DNA from: Myxococcales bacterium
GTDB lineage: Bacteria > Myxococcota_A > UBA9042
Length of the DNA: 40,671 nt
Reading direction: 5' to 3'
Assembly: GCA_037441385.1 (NCBI GenBank)
Contig: JBBISH010000053.1
Coordinates: 1-40,671 of the forward strand
Shown: piece by piece, positions 25,929 to 35,450 of the stretch
How positions within the stretch are numbered: the first letter of the stretch is position 1
Layout: every line of letters begins with the position of its first letter
Made by a program: the position numbers and the translations under genes
The notes under the pieces: model-generated
The model's database searches: none
Told to the model about the DNA's origin: nothing
The model's input: the letters and a program-made list of their open reading frames with translations, nothing else

Positions 25929-27346
25929 ATGCGCAGCAGGCTCTGCGCCGACCACCCCAAAGCACGTCGCTGCAGAGCGGTCTCGATCACGGCGAGGCGC
26001 GAGGGCGGCGGATCGGGCTCGGCCAGATAGCCCAGGGCGGCGGCCAACACCCGCTCGCGGTGGGGGTTGCCCGACAGGGCCTGGAAGTCGTCGATCGCCG
26101 CGGCCATCACTGCGATCGCCCGCGCGGCTTCGACCGCCGGCCATCCGCGGTCGGCCAGCGCTGCCTCGCGCAATTGGCTGCAAAGGGGCTGCTCGGGCAA
26201 GACCAGCAAAAAGTAGGCGCGCAAGTGGGCGATCGCCGCAGTCCCGCGGCCCGCATGAAGATGGCTGACAATCTTAGCAATTTCTGGCCCGTGATCCCAG
26301 GTCTGCGGCACTTGCGCCGCCTCGGGCAGATCGCCGGTTTGGCCCTTGGGGCGATCCAACGGAGCGGCGGCGGCGACCAAGGCGGCGGCGAACAGCAGCA
26401 GTTCCAGCCACGCCGCGGGCGCCACCAGTGGCTGCAGCTGCCGGGTCGCCGACGCCAAAATCAGCAGTTGCGCCACGGTCGCGCTGGTCTCGACCACCGT
26501 CGAGTCGCTCTGCCACCGGCGATCGCAGCGAAGCAGCCGCTCGGCCGCCGCCATGCACACCCCTTGTGCCAGCAGTTCGTGCGGAATGCCGACTTCCGCA
26601 GCGCGCAAGCAGGCTTTCAAAGCCTGGTCCACGGTCCCGTCGACCAAGTGCGGGCGGAATTTGGGCTCGACAAAAGCCCGCGCCTTGGCAGGGTCGCGCA
26701 GGTGGGCGATCTCGGCCAGGCGCGAACGCAGCGGCACGATCTTGGCCTGAATCTGCTGGGTAATGGGGTCGCCTTGGGGCAACGCGCCCAGGCCGGCGGC
26801 CAGCAGCGGCAGGTGGCGGGTCGCGGCCGCCTCGCCCAGCTCCGTCGCCAGGTCGGCAAACTTGGCCGCGGCAATAGCGGCGACGCCCAAATCACCTGGA
26901 TTGGAGCAAGCTTGCGCCAGGAGGTCGGGCAGGCTCGCCGCCGTCGCCGGCAGTGCGACCGCTTGCTCGCCCCATGTCGCCAGCCGCTCGCTCACCAGTT
27001 GCGCCGCCAGCAACCACGGGGCCGCCGCCCGCTCGCCGCCTAGCTCCGCGGCCAGCCGGGCGCAGTCGGCCACCGCCCACAGCACCGGATCGCCCAGCAG
27101 CACCGGCTTGCGCAGCACGACCTGCAAAATGGCGTCGGCCAGTTGCGGGCCGTTTGCGCCCTGCTCCCAGGCGGCCGCCACGGCGCCAGCTAGCTCAGCC
27201 GGCGGCAGCGCCCCCAGCCAGCTTGCCACTTCAGTCACCTGCGGCACCTGGGCCGTGGCAAAGCCAAGCGTATCGCGGCCCAGCGCGTCGCGGGGCGGCA
27301 TCGGGCTGCTGGGCAAGGGGGGACGCGAGCGGACCGCACTGCGCAT
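25925..27346 (-). CDS. Hypothetical all-helical protein
   Basis: 473-aa Ala/Leu-rich ORF 28 nt downstream of, and co-oriented with, the sigma54 regulator; start uncertain. Confidence 0.7.
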   Translation of the reverse strand: MRSAVRSRPPLPSSPMPPRDALGRDTLGFATAQVPQVTEVASWLGALPPAELAGAVAAAWEQGANGPQLADAILQVVLRKPVLLGDPVLWAVADCARLAAELGGERAAAPWLLAAQLVSERLATWGEQAVALPATAASLPDLLAQACSNPGDLGVAAIAAAKFADLATELGEAAATRHLPLLAAGLGALPQGDPITQQIQAKIVPLRSRLAEIAHLRDPAKARAFVEPKFRPHLVDGTVDQALKACLRAAEVGIPHELLAQGVCMAAAERLLRCDRRWQSDSTVVETSATVAQLLILASATRQLQPLVAPAAWLELLLFAAALVAAAAPLDRPKGQTGDLPEAAQVPQTWDHGPEIAKIVSHLHAGRGTAAIAHLRAYFLLVLPEQPLCSQLREAALADRGWPAVEAARAIAVMAAAIDDFQALSGNPHRERVLAAALGYLAEPDPPPSRLAVIETALQRRALGWSAQSLLRI

Positions 27347-27374
27347 GATGGCTCCTCTTTTGGCTGTGCTTGGG

Positions 27375-28742
27375 CTACTTCTTGTCGTCTTGTTCGCCCA
27401 AGCGGCGGTACAGGGTGCGCACAGCGATGCCCAACAGCGCCGCCGCGCGCCGTTTGTCGCCGCCGGTCAAACGCAAGGTCTCGGCGATCGCCATTCGCTC
27501 GATCTCTTCCAGGGGCGTGCCCGCAGCAAAGCGAATTTCGCTGCTCCCGCCTTCGCTGCGGGCCACCCGGTCGGGCAGGTCGCTGGGCAAGATGGTCTCG
27601 CCGCGGGCCAGAACCACGGCGCGCTCCATGGCATTTTCCAGCTCGCGGACATTGCCGGGCCACGCATACGACTGCAGGGCCGCCATCGCCTCGTGCGACA
27701 GGGCCAAGCTGGCCTTGCCATTTTGCAGGGCGAAGCGCCGCAAGAAGTATTGCGCAAGGCTGGTGACATCGTCAGCGCGCTGACGCAACGGCGGTAATTC
27801 GATGGTGATGACCGCCAAGCGGTAGTAGAGATCGGCGCGGAACCGGCCGGCCTCGACTTCCGCCTCCAGATCGCGATTCGTTGCGGCCAGCAGGCGCACC
27901 TCCACGCGTTGAGGCAGTGCACCGCCGACCCGCTGCACTTCGCCTTCTTGCAGCACGCGCAACAGCTTGGCCTGCAAACCAAGCGGAAGGTCGGCGATTT
28001 CGTCAAGCAACAGCGTGCCTTGCTCGGCAAGCTGAAATTGGCCGGGCTTGCTGGCCACCGCGCCGGTGAACGCGCCCTTCTCGTGGCCGAACAGCTCGCT
28101 TTCCATCAAACTTTCGGGAATCGCCGCGCAATTGACCGCCACGAAGGGGCCCTTGCGACCGCTCAGGCGGTGGATGGCGCGGGCGAACACCTCTTTGCCC
28201 GTACCGGACTCGCCCTGCAGCAGCACAGTCGTGCGCGCCGGCGCCACTTGTTGGACCAGATCGATGGCCCGGCGTACCACGGGGCTGGTGCCGATGAGAT
28301 CGCGGCTGCGGCCGGCCCGCGCCAACTCGTCGCGCAACTCTTCGTTTTCGCGACGCAACGCCGAGCGCTCGAGCGCTCGCGTCACCGATCGGACGACCTC
28401 GGCGCGCCGCAACGGCTTGGTCAAAAAGTCGTAGGCGCCCTGCTTCATCGCCGCCACGGCCGTTTCGACGGTCCCGTAGGCGGTCATCACGATCACCGCC
28501 GTCGCTGGGCTCGAGGTCTGGGCCGCCTGCAGCAGCTCGATGCCGTCCACCCCCGGCATCATCAGGTCGGTGAGGAGCACGGCCACCCGCGACTTGCGCA
28601 GCAGCGTCAGCACGTGGCGACCGTCGGTGGCAACTTCGCACGCCAGGCCCTCGCGCTGCAAAATCTTTTGCAGACTCGAAGCATTGGCGGCGTCATCGTC
28701 CACCACCACCACCAACGGCTGGTGGGGCTGGGGCGGCGGCAT
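27375..28742 (-). CDS. Sigma54-dependent response regulator (NtrC/AtoC family: REC-AAA-HTH)
   Basis: 'VVDDD', 'TDLMMPG', 'GESGTGKE', 'ELFGHEKGAFTGA', 'LDEI', 'FRADLYYRL', 'WPGNVRELEN', Fis-type HTH 'AAALLGIAVRTLYRRL'. Start could lie up to 28784. Confidence 0.95.
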   Translation of the reverse strand: MPPPQPHQPLVVVVDDDAANASSLQKILQREGLACEVATDGRHVLTLLRKSRVAVLLTDLMMPGVDGIELLQAAQTSSPATAVIVMTAYGTVETAVAAMKQGAYDFLTKPLRRAEVVRSVTRALERSALRRENEELRDELARAGRSRDLIGTSPVVRRAIDLVQQVAPARTTVLLQGESGTGKEVFARAIHRLSGRKGPFVAVNCAAIPESLMESELFGHEKGAFTGAVASKPGQFQLAEQGTLLLDEIADLPLGLQAKLLRVLQEGEVQRVGGALPQRVEVRLLAATNRDLEAEVEAGRFRADLYYRLAVITIELPPLRQRADDVTSLAQYFLRRFALQNGKASLALSHEAMAALQSYAWPGNVRELENAMERAVVLARGETILPSDLPDRVARSEGGSSEIRFAAGTPLEEIERMAIAETLRLTGGDKRRAAALLGIAVRTLYRRLGEQDDKK

Positions 28743-28864
28743 TTCGGCGGGGCTGGTCAGGAGGACCTCCTGGAAGCACCTCAAGTACGGCGCTTATGCA
28801 CGTGCTGCAACACCGCGACGGCGCGAAAATGACCAGGGAGGCCGGCGTGGCCGCGAAATCGACG

Positions 28865-28928
28865 ACTTGGGCCGGCAGCGCCGCTGCAATGCCTACTTGG
28901 GCCGGCAGCGCCGCTGTTATGCCTACTT
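28865..28928. repeat. 30-bp tandem duplication at the rne 3' end
   Basis: ACTTGGGCCGGCAGCGCCGCTG(CA/TT)ATGCCT twice (28865-28894, 28895-28924), followed by ACTT. Confidence 0.9.
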
Positions 28929-31802
28929 TGGGGTGCGCAAGTCGATCACGAAACGCTTGGAAACGCTTGGCTTCTCGCTGGGCGCTGCCACCGGCGGCAG
29001 GGCTGGCGGGGCCGCGACCTCGGCCACCGGAGCCTGCTCGCCCAAGACCTTGGCGATCTCAGCCTGCATCAGCAGGCGCGCGTCCACGGCTTCTTCGGCC
29101 GGAGCGGGCTCTGCCGTCTGAGCCGCGATCACCGGCGGGTGCATCGGCAGGGCGACCTCAATCCGTGCGGTGGCCTCGGGGTCGTCGTCGACCGCGGCAG
29201 TGGCGGCCTCGACCGGTGCCGTTGGCTCGGCCGCTGCGACTTGCTCCGCAGGCTCCATCTGGGCCGTAGGCTCGCTCGCCGTCTGCGTTTCCGCAGGCTC
29301 GGACGCAGCTTCGGCGACCTGGGCAAGCTGGGCCGGGTCGGCGGCTACCTCGCCCGCAGCAGTTGCCGTCTCGGCCGCCTCGGCGCCGGCACCGTCGTCG
29401 TCTTCGGTGTCCGCGCCCTCGTTGGCCAGATTCGCTTCACCGCGATCGGCGCCCCCACCACGGCGGCGACGGCGACGGCGGCGGCGCCCCTCGCTGCTGT
29501 TGGCCTCGCCTGCGGCGTCGTCCGCCCCGGCCGGAGCCTCGGCCTTGGTGGGCGCAGCTTCGGCAGCTTCGACCGCGGGCCGAAGCTCAGCCTTGGCGGC
29601 ATCGATCTTGGCCGTCTCTGCGACTTCGGAGGGCTTTTCGCTGTTCCGCTCGCCGCGCTCCCCGCGCTCGGGTCGTTCGCCGCGCTCGGGGCGCTCACTG
29701 CGCTCGGGTCGTTCGCCGCGCTCGGGCCGCTCACCGCGCTCAGGCCGGTCGGCGCGGGCCTCCTGCCGATTCTCACGCGGTTCGCGCGGCTCGCGGCCGT
29801 CGCGCCGATCGCGGCGATCACGGCGATCGCGGTCCGGCCGGCGCTCGCGCCCCTCAGAAGGCGTCTCCGCCGCGGCGGTTTCGCTCTCGGCCGCCGGTTT
29901 GGCGGCGGGCTTGGGCGCGGTCAGGGCCGCGGTAGGCTCGGGCGCCGGGATGACGCGCGGAGGCTGCGGCGCCGGGCCCATGCCGAACAAGCCCTTGAAC
30001 CAGGCCATGATCCCACGCGGCGGCGGCGCGTCTTCCACTTCCACGTCCACGATCTGACTCGGCGCGGCGGCCACCGGCTCTTGGGCGGCCACCTCGGCGG
30101 CGTGGCTGGCGGTGCGGCGCGGCTGGCGGGCCGGAGCCTCGCTCTCGATCGGCGCCATCGCCCGAACTTCCTTGTAGATCTCGGTGTAGTCCACCTTGGC
30201 GCCGCGCTTGGCTACGGCGGCCTCGATGGCCATCTTGGTCTCTTCGCGGTGGATCAGGTGATTGCGCACCAAGTCCATCTCTTGCGTCACGCGCAGGAGC
30301 TTCTGGCGGTCGGCGCGCTCGGCGCCGTTTTCCACAGGGATTTCCTCCAGGTGCTCGATGATGACCTGGGTGGATGGCATGTCCTGCACCGGGATCACTT
30401 CGATGGTCAGGTGGTACTGCTTCTCCACCCCGGCCAGCTCGGCGCGCCGCGCATTGAGCAGGTAGCGGGCGCTGGCCGCCGGCACCGTGGCGATGATGTA
30501 CTTGACGCGCTTTTGCGAGACCAGCTCGTAGATACGGCGCAGCACGCTCATCGCCACGGACTCGAACGAGCGCATGCGCCCCGTGCCCGAGCAGTGGACG
30601 CAGGCATCAAAAGTGCCCTTGTTCACGCTGGATTTGATGCGCTGGCGGCTCATCTCGAGCAGGCCGAATTCGCTGATGTGGCCCAGCTTGGTGCGCGCCT
30701 TGTCGTTCTTGAAGGCGTCTTTCAGGGCCTGTTCGACCTCGCGCACGTACTTCTTTTCGCGCATGTCGATGAAGTCGATGACCACGAGGCCGCCCATGTC
30801 GCGCAGCATCAGCTGGCGGGCGATCTCCTCGGCGGCCTCGATGTTGGTGGCGCGCGCGGTCTCTTCGATGTCTTTTTCTTTGACGCGACCCGAGTTGACG
30901 TCGATCGCCACCATCGCCTCGGTCTGGTCGATGACGATCGAGCCACCGGACGGCAGGTAGACCTGACGGGCGAACACGTCCTCGACCTTGCCTTCGATGC
31001 CGTAGCGGGCAAACAGCGGCATGTCGCCGGCGTAGCGCTGCACATGCGCCAGGCTGCGCGGCATCAGAACCGAAAGGAATTCTTGGACTTCGTGCAGGGT
31101 CTCGTCGTCGTCGATGACCAGCTCGTCGATGTCCTTGGTAAAGTAGTCGCGCACGAACCGCACGGCCAGGCTGCGCTCGGCGTACAGCAGGGTCGGACCC
31201 TTGGACTCATCGAATTTCTTGGTGATCGACTCCCACTGCCGGGTCAGGTACAGCAGGTCCTTGGCCAGCTCGGTCTCGGTCGCGGTCTCGCCGGCGGTGC
31301 GGACGATCAGGCCAAAGCCGTCCGGGACCTTCATGGTCTCGGTCAGCTTCTTGATGCGATCGCGGGCTTCGTCGCTCAGCTTGCGCGACACCCCCGCCTT
31401 GTCCTTGTCGCTCTCTGGAATCAGCACCAGGTAGCGGCCGGGCAGCGAGATGAAGGTCGACAAGGTCGCGCCCTTTTGGCCGATCTCGTCGCGCACCACC
31501 TGCACCAAGACCTCTTGGCGGGCCTTGATCAGCTCCTGGATCGGCGCTTTTTTGTCGTCGTTCTTGGCGCGCAGCTTGGGGTGGATCTCGCCCACCGGCA
31601 AGAAGCCCTGCTTGTCGTTGCCAAAATCGACAAAGGCCGACTGCAGCGACGGTTCGACCCGGGCGACCTGGGCGCGATAGATATTGCCTTTGCAGGTGTT
31701 GCGAGCGACGGGCTCGATCTCTAGATGGACGAGCTGGCCGTCTTCGATGACTGCGGCGCGCGACTCGTCGCGGTCGACACTGATAAGCATACGCTTGGAC
31801 AT
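28923..31802 (-). CDS. rne: Ribonuclease E (Rne/Rng family with long disordered C-terminus)
   Basis: 'KGNIYRAQVARVEPSLQSAFVDFG', 'SLPGRYLVL', 'LPSGGSIVIDQTEAMVAIDVNSG', 'GGLVVIDFIDM', Zn-link 'CVHC'; Arg- and Glu-rich CTD; GGAG SD before ATG 31802. Confidence 0.95.
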   Translation of the reverse strand: MSKRMLISVDRDESRAAVIEDGQLVHLEIEPVARNTCKGNIYRAQVARVEPSLQSAFVDFGNDKQGFLPVGEIHPKLRAKNDDKKAPIQELIKARQEVLVQVVRDEIGQKGATLSTFISLPGRYLVLIPESDKDKAGVSRKLSDEARDRIKKLTETMKVPDGFGLIVRTAGETATETELAKDLLYLTRQWESITKKFDESKGPTLLYAERSLAVRFVRDYFTKDIDELVIDDDETLHEVQEFLSVLMPRSLAHVQRYAGDMPLFARYGIEGKVEDVFARQVYLPSGGSIVIDQTEAMVAIDVNSGRVKEKDIEETARATNIEAAEEIARQLMLRDMGGLVVIDFIDMREKKYVREVEQALKDAFKNDKARTKLGHISEFGLLEMSRQRIKSSVNKGTFDACVHCSGTGRMRSFESVAMSVLRRIYELVSQKRVKYIIATVPAASARYLLNARRAELAGVEKQYHLTIEVIPVQDMPSTQVIIEHLEEIPVENGAERADRQKLLRVTQEMDLVRNHLIHREETKMAIEAAVAKRGAKVDYTEIYKEVRAMAPIESEAPARQPRRTASHAAEVAAQEPVAAAPSQIVDVEVEDAPPPRGIMAWFKGLFGMGPAPQPPRVIPAPEPTAALTAPKPAAKPAAESETAAAETPSEGRERRPDRDRRDRRDRRDGREPREPRENRQEARADRPERGERPERGERPERSERPERGERPERGERGERNSEKPSEVAETAKIDAAKAELRPAVEAAEAAPTKAEAPAGADDAAGEANSSEGRRRRRRRRRGGGADRGEANLANEGADTEDDDGAGAEAAETATAAGEVAADPAQLAQVAEAASEPAETQTASEPTAQMEPAEQVAAAEPTAPVEAATAAVDDDPEATARIEVALPMHPPVIAAQTAEPAPAEEAVDARLLMQAEIAKVLGEQAPVAEVAAPPALPPVAAPSEKPSVSKRFVIDLRTPK

Positions 31803-32476
31803 CGGATACTCCGACGCCGCGGCGCACGCAACCGCAGCAAAGGGCCCGCGCAAGTGTCCGTACTGCCGCCCGTCACCCTTGTGACCTGGCGGACAGCGCG
31901 GTGGCGCAAGCCTCGCGTGTGGGGTCGCAATCGGCACTCCGCCTTCGCATACGTCTTGCGGCGGCGCGCCAGCGGGCGAGCTGCACCTACCCAGTCCAGC
32001 GGGCCGAGCAGGCCAAGGCCGCCGAGCCACAGGACCAGGTTCATCAAGAAGTACTTGGGGTACGGAGATTCCCAGGAGCGCGGTGGCCGCAGAGCTTCGT
32101 GCCGGTCACTTGGGTCGGAGGCGGTCGAATCTGCAGGGCACACCCGCTCCCCAAGGGGCGTGGCGCTGGCGCACATCGACGGCACCCGTGCGCGCGTCGG
32201 CAGTCTGCCGGACAGCTTCGCAGGGGTGACTTGCCCAAAGACCATGTTGGCTTCGAAGTTCCGCGCGGCCTTCGCCGTCGCATCTGCAAGCTGCATCCCG
32301 GCTGCGTGCGCGCCGGTTGCGCTTGGGTTGTCGACCGGTCCGCCAGCCCGGCACAACCCAGGGGCCGCGCCAGACTGCCGAATCATTCAGTTGCAGCGTC
32401 GCGCTGGACCGGAAGAACCGTCTACGCCTCGCGCTGCGCGACAGGACGCGCCCGGCGACCTGCCATCAACCCAGCT

Positions 32477-32505
32477 AGCGTAGGGGTGGCTTGGCGCAGA
32501 GTCAA
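32477..32505 (-). promoter_or_regulatory. Putative sigma70 promoter TTGACT-N17-TACGCT pointing toward rne
   Basis: Minus strand reads TTGACT ctgcgccaagccacccc TACGCT. Confidence 0.6.
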
Positions 32506-32559
32506 GCAGGTGGGGCCCGGGCGCCCCAGATCAGATCGCAGGTTTGGCGGCAGCGCGGA

Positions 32560-33282
32560 CTACTTGGCCACCAAGGCCAGCCGCTGGATGTACGGCGCGT
32601 CGTCCTCAGTCAGGATCTTGAGGATCTGCGCGTGCTTGCGCCGCTTGATTTCGCCCATCACCGCCCGACCCTTGTGGAAGGTGCCCGCAAAAGCCAGCGC
32701 GGCCGCTTGCAGCGCCTCGGGACCATCGCAAGCCTGCACGGCGATGTGCTTTTCGGCCACTTCTTGGCCGCCCAGGCGCCGGCCCGACAGGTAGATGTCG
32801 TCGAGCAGCCACGCCGGGACTGCGCGCTGCACGATCGCCAACATGCCGGGCAAGAACGGGATGTTGACGTCGACCTCGGGGAAACAGAAGAAGCCGCGAT
32901 CGCTGCGCATCAGGCGGTAGTCGCAGGCGCAGGCCAGGATCGCGCCGCCGCCAAACGCGTGGCCGCCGATCGCCGCGATGACCGGGGTGGGGAAGGTGAG
33001 GACGCGCGCGTAGACGTCGTTCAGGCCGCGCAGGAAGCCGCGGACTTCGTCGTGGCGGGCGCGGTCGGCGGTGGCGGCGCCGATCCAGTTGAGATCGATG
33101 CCCAGCGACCAGTTCTTGGCGTCGCTGGACGTAAGGACCACGGCGTGCACCTCAGCATCGGCCTCGACCGCGGCCATGGTGGCCAAGAACTCGGCGACAA
33201 AGGTGGGGTTGTGGCGATTCTCGCCGTTGTCGAACGAAACGACCGCGACGCTGCCCTGGCGGCTCCAACTCACTACAGACAT
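32560..33282 (-). CDS. Enoyl-CoA hydratase/isomerase family protein (delta3,delta2-isomerase-like)
   Basis: 'ENRHN', 'WSLGIDL', 'PVIAAIGGHAFGGGAILACACDYRLMRSDRGFFCFPEV'. Confidence 0.9.
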   Translation of the reverse strand: MSVVSWSRQGSVAVVSFDNGENRHNPTFVAEFLATMAAVEADAEVHAVVLTSSDAKNWSLGIDLNWIGAATADRARHDEVRGFLRGLNDVYARVLTFPTPVIAAIGGHAFGGGAILACACDYRLMRSDRGFFCFPEVDVNIPFLPGMLAIVQRAVPAWLLDDIYLSGRRLGGQEVAEKHIAVQACDGPEALQAAALAFAGTFHKGRAVMGEIKRRKHAQILKILTEDDAPYIQRLALVAK

Positions 33283-33306
33283 GGCATGACCTATTGAAAA
33301 TAGAGA

Positions 33307-34257
33307 CTATTTGCAGGTATTGAACTTGGGCGCGGCGCACAGCCCGGCGTCGCAGGCCAGCCCCGAGCGGCACGGCGGGTTGCCGCCAGTGCTGCAGGCT
33401 TCGCCCAAGTCGGGGACCAAGTGGCACGTGCCCACGCCACCTTGTAGGTCGCCGCAGGCCAAGCCAAAGCCGCACTTGACGAACTCGCCGCCAATGAAGT
33501 TGCAGCTCTCGCCTTCGCCCGCGGACTTGAAGGCCGTGCATAGTTCCTTTTGATCGTGGCAGTAGGCGCCTGCGCCGCTGTCGCAATTCTTGGTGCCCAA
33601 GTCGCACTTGCTGCCCAGGGCCGCGGGGCCCGCGCACTTGCCGCTCTGGCAGGTGGCTGGGGCGATGCAGACGTGGCTATCGTCGCACTTTTCGCCAATG
33701 GCCACGCGCTCTTTGCAGACCTTGACCGATTGAGTGGCTTCGCACTTGGCGCTGCCTTCGCAGTCAGCGTCGCTGGCGCATTGCCCGCCCACGGCCGCGC
33801 GGACGACGCACGTGCCGCAGGCGCTGCCGGGCTGGCCACCGGTGATTCGGCAGCGTGTGCTGGCGCATTGGCTGTCGTCGGCGCAGACCGCCGCGACCGG
33901 CAGGCTGCCGGCTTTGGGCTGGCAGGCCGCCAAAGTGTCCAGGATCTGAATGTCGGTGCAGGCCGAGCTGGAAATGGCGGCGGCGCAGGCGTTGACGCTG
34001 CTGGCGCTGGCGCCGGTGCCAGGGGCCTTCAACTTGGCCAGGCACACCGCGGCGCGGCGGGCGGTGCAGTTGGCCTGCGTGCCCCAGTTCGAGGTCAGGG
34101 TGTACGGGGCACACTTTTGCAGAGCCGCACAAGTCTGTACGGCCAGACTGTTGCAGGCCGCGACGGCGGGATCGACCGAACTCTCGCTGGCGCAACCGAA
34201 CAAAGTGGCGCCGACCAAGCAAGCGGCGGCCACGCTCAACCCAAGAAAATACTTCAT
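33307..34257 (-). CDS. Cys-rich lipoprotein
   Basis: Lipobox 'LFGC'; repeated G-x-x-C...C...C modules. Confidence 0.8.
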   Translation of the reverse strand: MKYFLGLSVAAACLVGATLFGCASESSVDPAVAACNSLAVQTCAALQKCAPYTLTSNWGTQANCTARRAAVCLAKLKAPGTGASASSVNACAAAISSSACTDIQILDTLAACQPKAGSLPVAAVCADDSQCASTRCRITGGQPGSACGTCVVRAAVGGQCASDADCEGSAKCEATQSVKVCKERVAIGEKCDDSHVCIAPATCQSGKCAGPAALGSKCDLGTKNCDSGAGAYCHDQKELCTAFKSAGEGESCNFIGGEFVKCGFGLACGDLQGGVGTCHLVPDLGEACSTGGNPPCRSGLACDAGLCAAPKFNTCK

Positions 34258-34302
34258 GCAGTCCCGCCCGAGCCGCAGCAGATTGCGCGCCGGTTTGGGA
34301 TT

Positions 34303-35226
34303 CTACGCTACCCCGCCAAATCCCAAAACCAGGTCGCGGCGGCCGCGCTTGTCGTATTTGCGGCTGCGCTCGAACACGCCTTCTTGCTCCTGGTTCTTTG
34401 GATTGGTGGTATTGCCCTCGATGGTGGTGATGGTGCCGTCGCCGTTGACCGACTTGACGATGCCAACGTGGTCGGGGCTGCCGTCGCCGTCCCAGTCAAA
34501 GAACACCAGATCGCCCGGCTCGGGGTTGGCGTGGCCCTTCCAGCGGCCCTGGCGCTTGAGTTGCTGCACAAACGTGGGGCAGTACGGAGCGTTGGTGTCC
34601 TTGCCGGCCTGCGAGTAGACCCACGACACAAAGTCGGCGCACCACGGCTCGGGGCCGCGGCCAAAGGCCTGCTGGTACTTGGTGGCGCCGCCGCGGTTGT
34701 GGCCGCGCTCGAGCGTGCCGACCTGCGAGCCGGCGACGCGCAAGATCTCTTCGCGCATGGCGGCCTCATCGCGCGGGTTGGCGCCGGGACGCCGCGGCGC
34801 TTGGTTGTCGCCGCCACGCCCGCCGCCGGCCGGAGGCGCGGCCGGTCGACGCTGCCGCGGGGCACCGTAGCGGCTAGGGTCCAGGTCGGAGCCGGTCTTG
34901 TCGCGCAGCGCCGTCCAGGTCTTGGGCCCGACGATGCCGTCAGCGTCCAGGCCGCGGCGTACCTGGAACTGCACCACGGCGCCGTGGGTGGCCGGGCCGA
35001 AGATGCCGTCGATCGGGCCGGGCGACAGGCCGGTCTTCTCTAAAAGCATCTGCAGCATACGGACTTCGGGCCCTTCGCTGCCGCGACGGATCATCGACGG
35101 AAGGTGCGCTGGCGCTGGGGCCCCGGCCTCTTGACCTTGGGGTGCGCCACCACCAGGTCGAACCTGCTGCTGGGGAACCCTCGACTGTTGCTGTTGCTGA
35201 GGGGCACGTTGGGCGGCAGCGGGCAT
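34303..35226 (-). CDS. Peptidoglycan-binding (PG_binding_1) plus CHAP-domain hydrolase
   Basis: 'IRRGSEGPEVRMLQ...GPIDGIFGPATHGAVVQFQ...DGIVGPKTW'; CHAP motifs 'PWCADFVSWV', 'PGDLVFFDW', 'DHVGIV', 'TIEGNT'. Confidence 0.9.
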   Translation of the reverse strand: MPAAAQRAPQQQQQSRVPQQQVRPGGGAPQGQEAGAPAPAHLPSMIRRGSEGPEVRMLQMLLEKTGLSPGPIDGIFGPATHGAVVQFQVRRGLDADGIVGPKTWTALRDKTGSDLDPSRYGAPRQRRPAAPPAGGGRGGDNQAPRRPGANPRDEAAMREEILRVAGSQVGTLERGHNRGGATKYQQAFGRGPEPWCADFVSWVYSQAGKDTNAPYCPTFVQQLKRQGRWKGHANPEPGDLVFFDWDGDGSPDHVGIVKSVNGDGTITTIEGNTTNPKNQEQEGVFERSRKYDKRGRRDLVLGFGGVA

Positions 35227-35450
35227 GGCGTCCTACAGGGCCGCACGGGCGGCCACCTTCTAGAGGTAACCGGTCGCAGGAGGGCCGTCAAACCACCGGC
35301 CCAATCCGATGCGTTGAGTTGGGGCGCACAGACCCCAGTCGCGACGATGACGCCGGCATGACCGCAACTTGCTGCGCCGAACTCGCGGCGGCGGCCCAGA
35401 GCGGCTACTTTGTCGCGCCGGTCCAGGCCCGGCAGCCCAAGGCACGCGCG

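Noticed and set aside
31721..32386. 221-aa minus-strand ORF (and + strand ORFs) upstream of rne
   Set aside because: Overlaps the rne start out of frame, has atypical composition and no motif; a short leader peptide cannot be excluded.
34277..34294. Sigma54-like GG-N10-GC upstream of the Cys-rich lipoprotein
   Set aside because: Several mismatches to TGGCAC-N5-TTGC; expected by chance in GC-rich DNA.
35142..35450. N-terminal extension or GNAT domain on the acyl-CoA synthetase (Pat-type acetyltransferase)
   Set aside because: The extension overlaps the CHAP gene and shows no GNAT motif; the catalytic His is retained.
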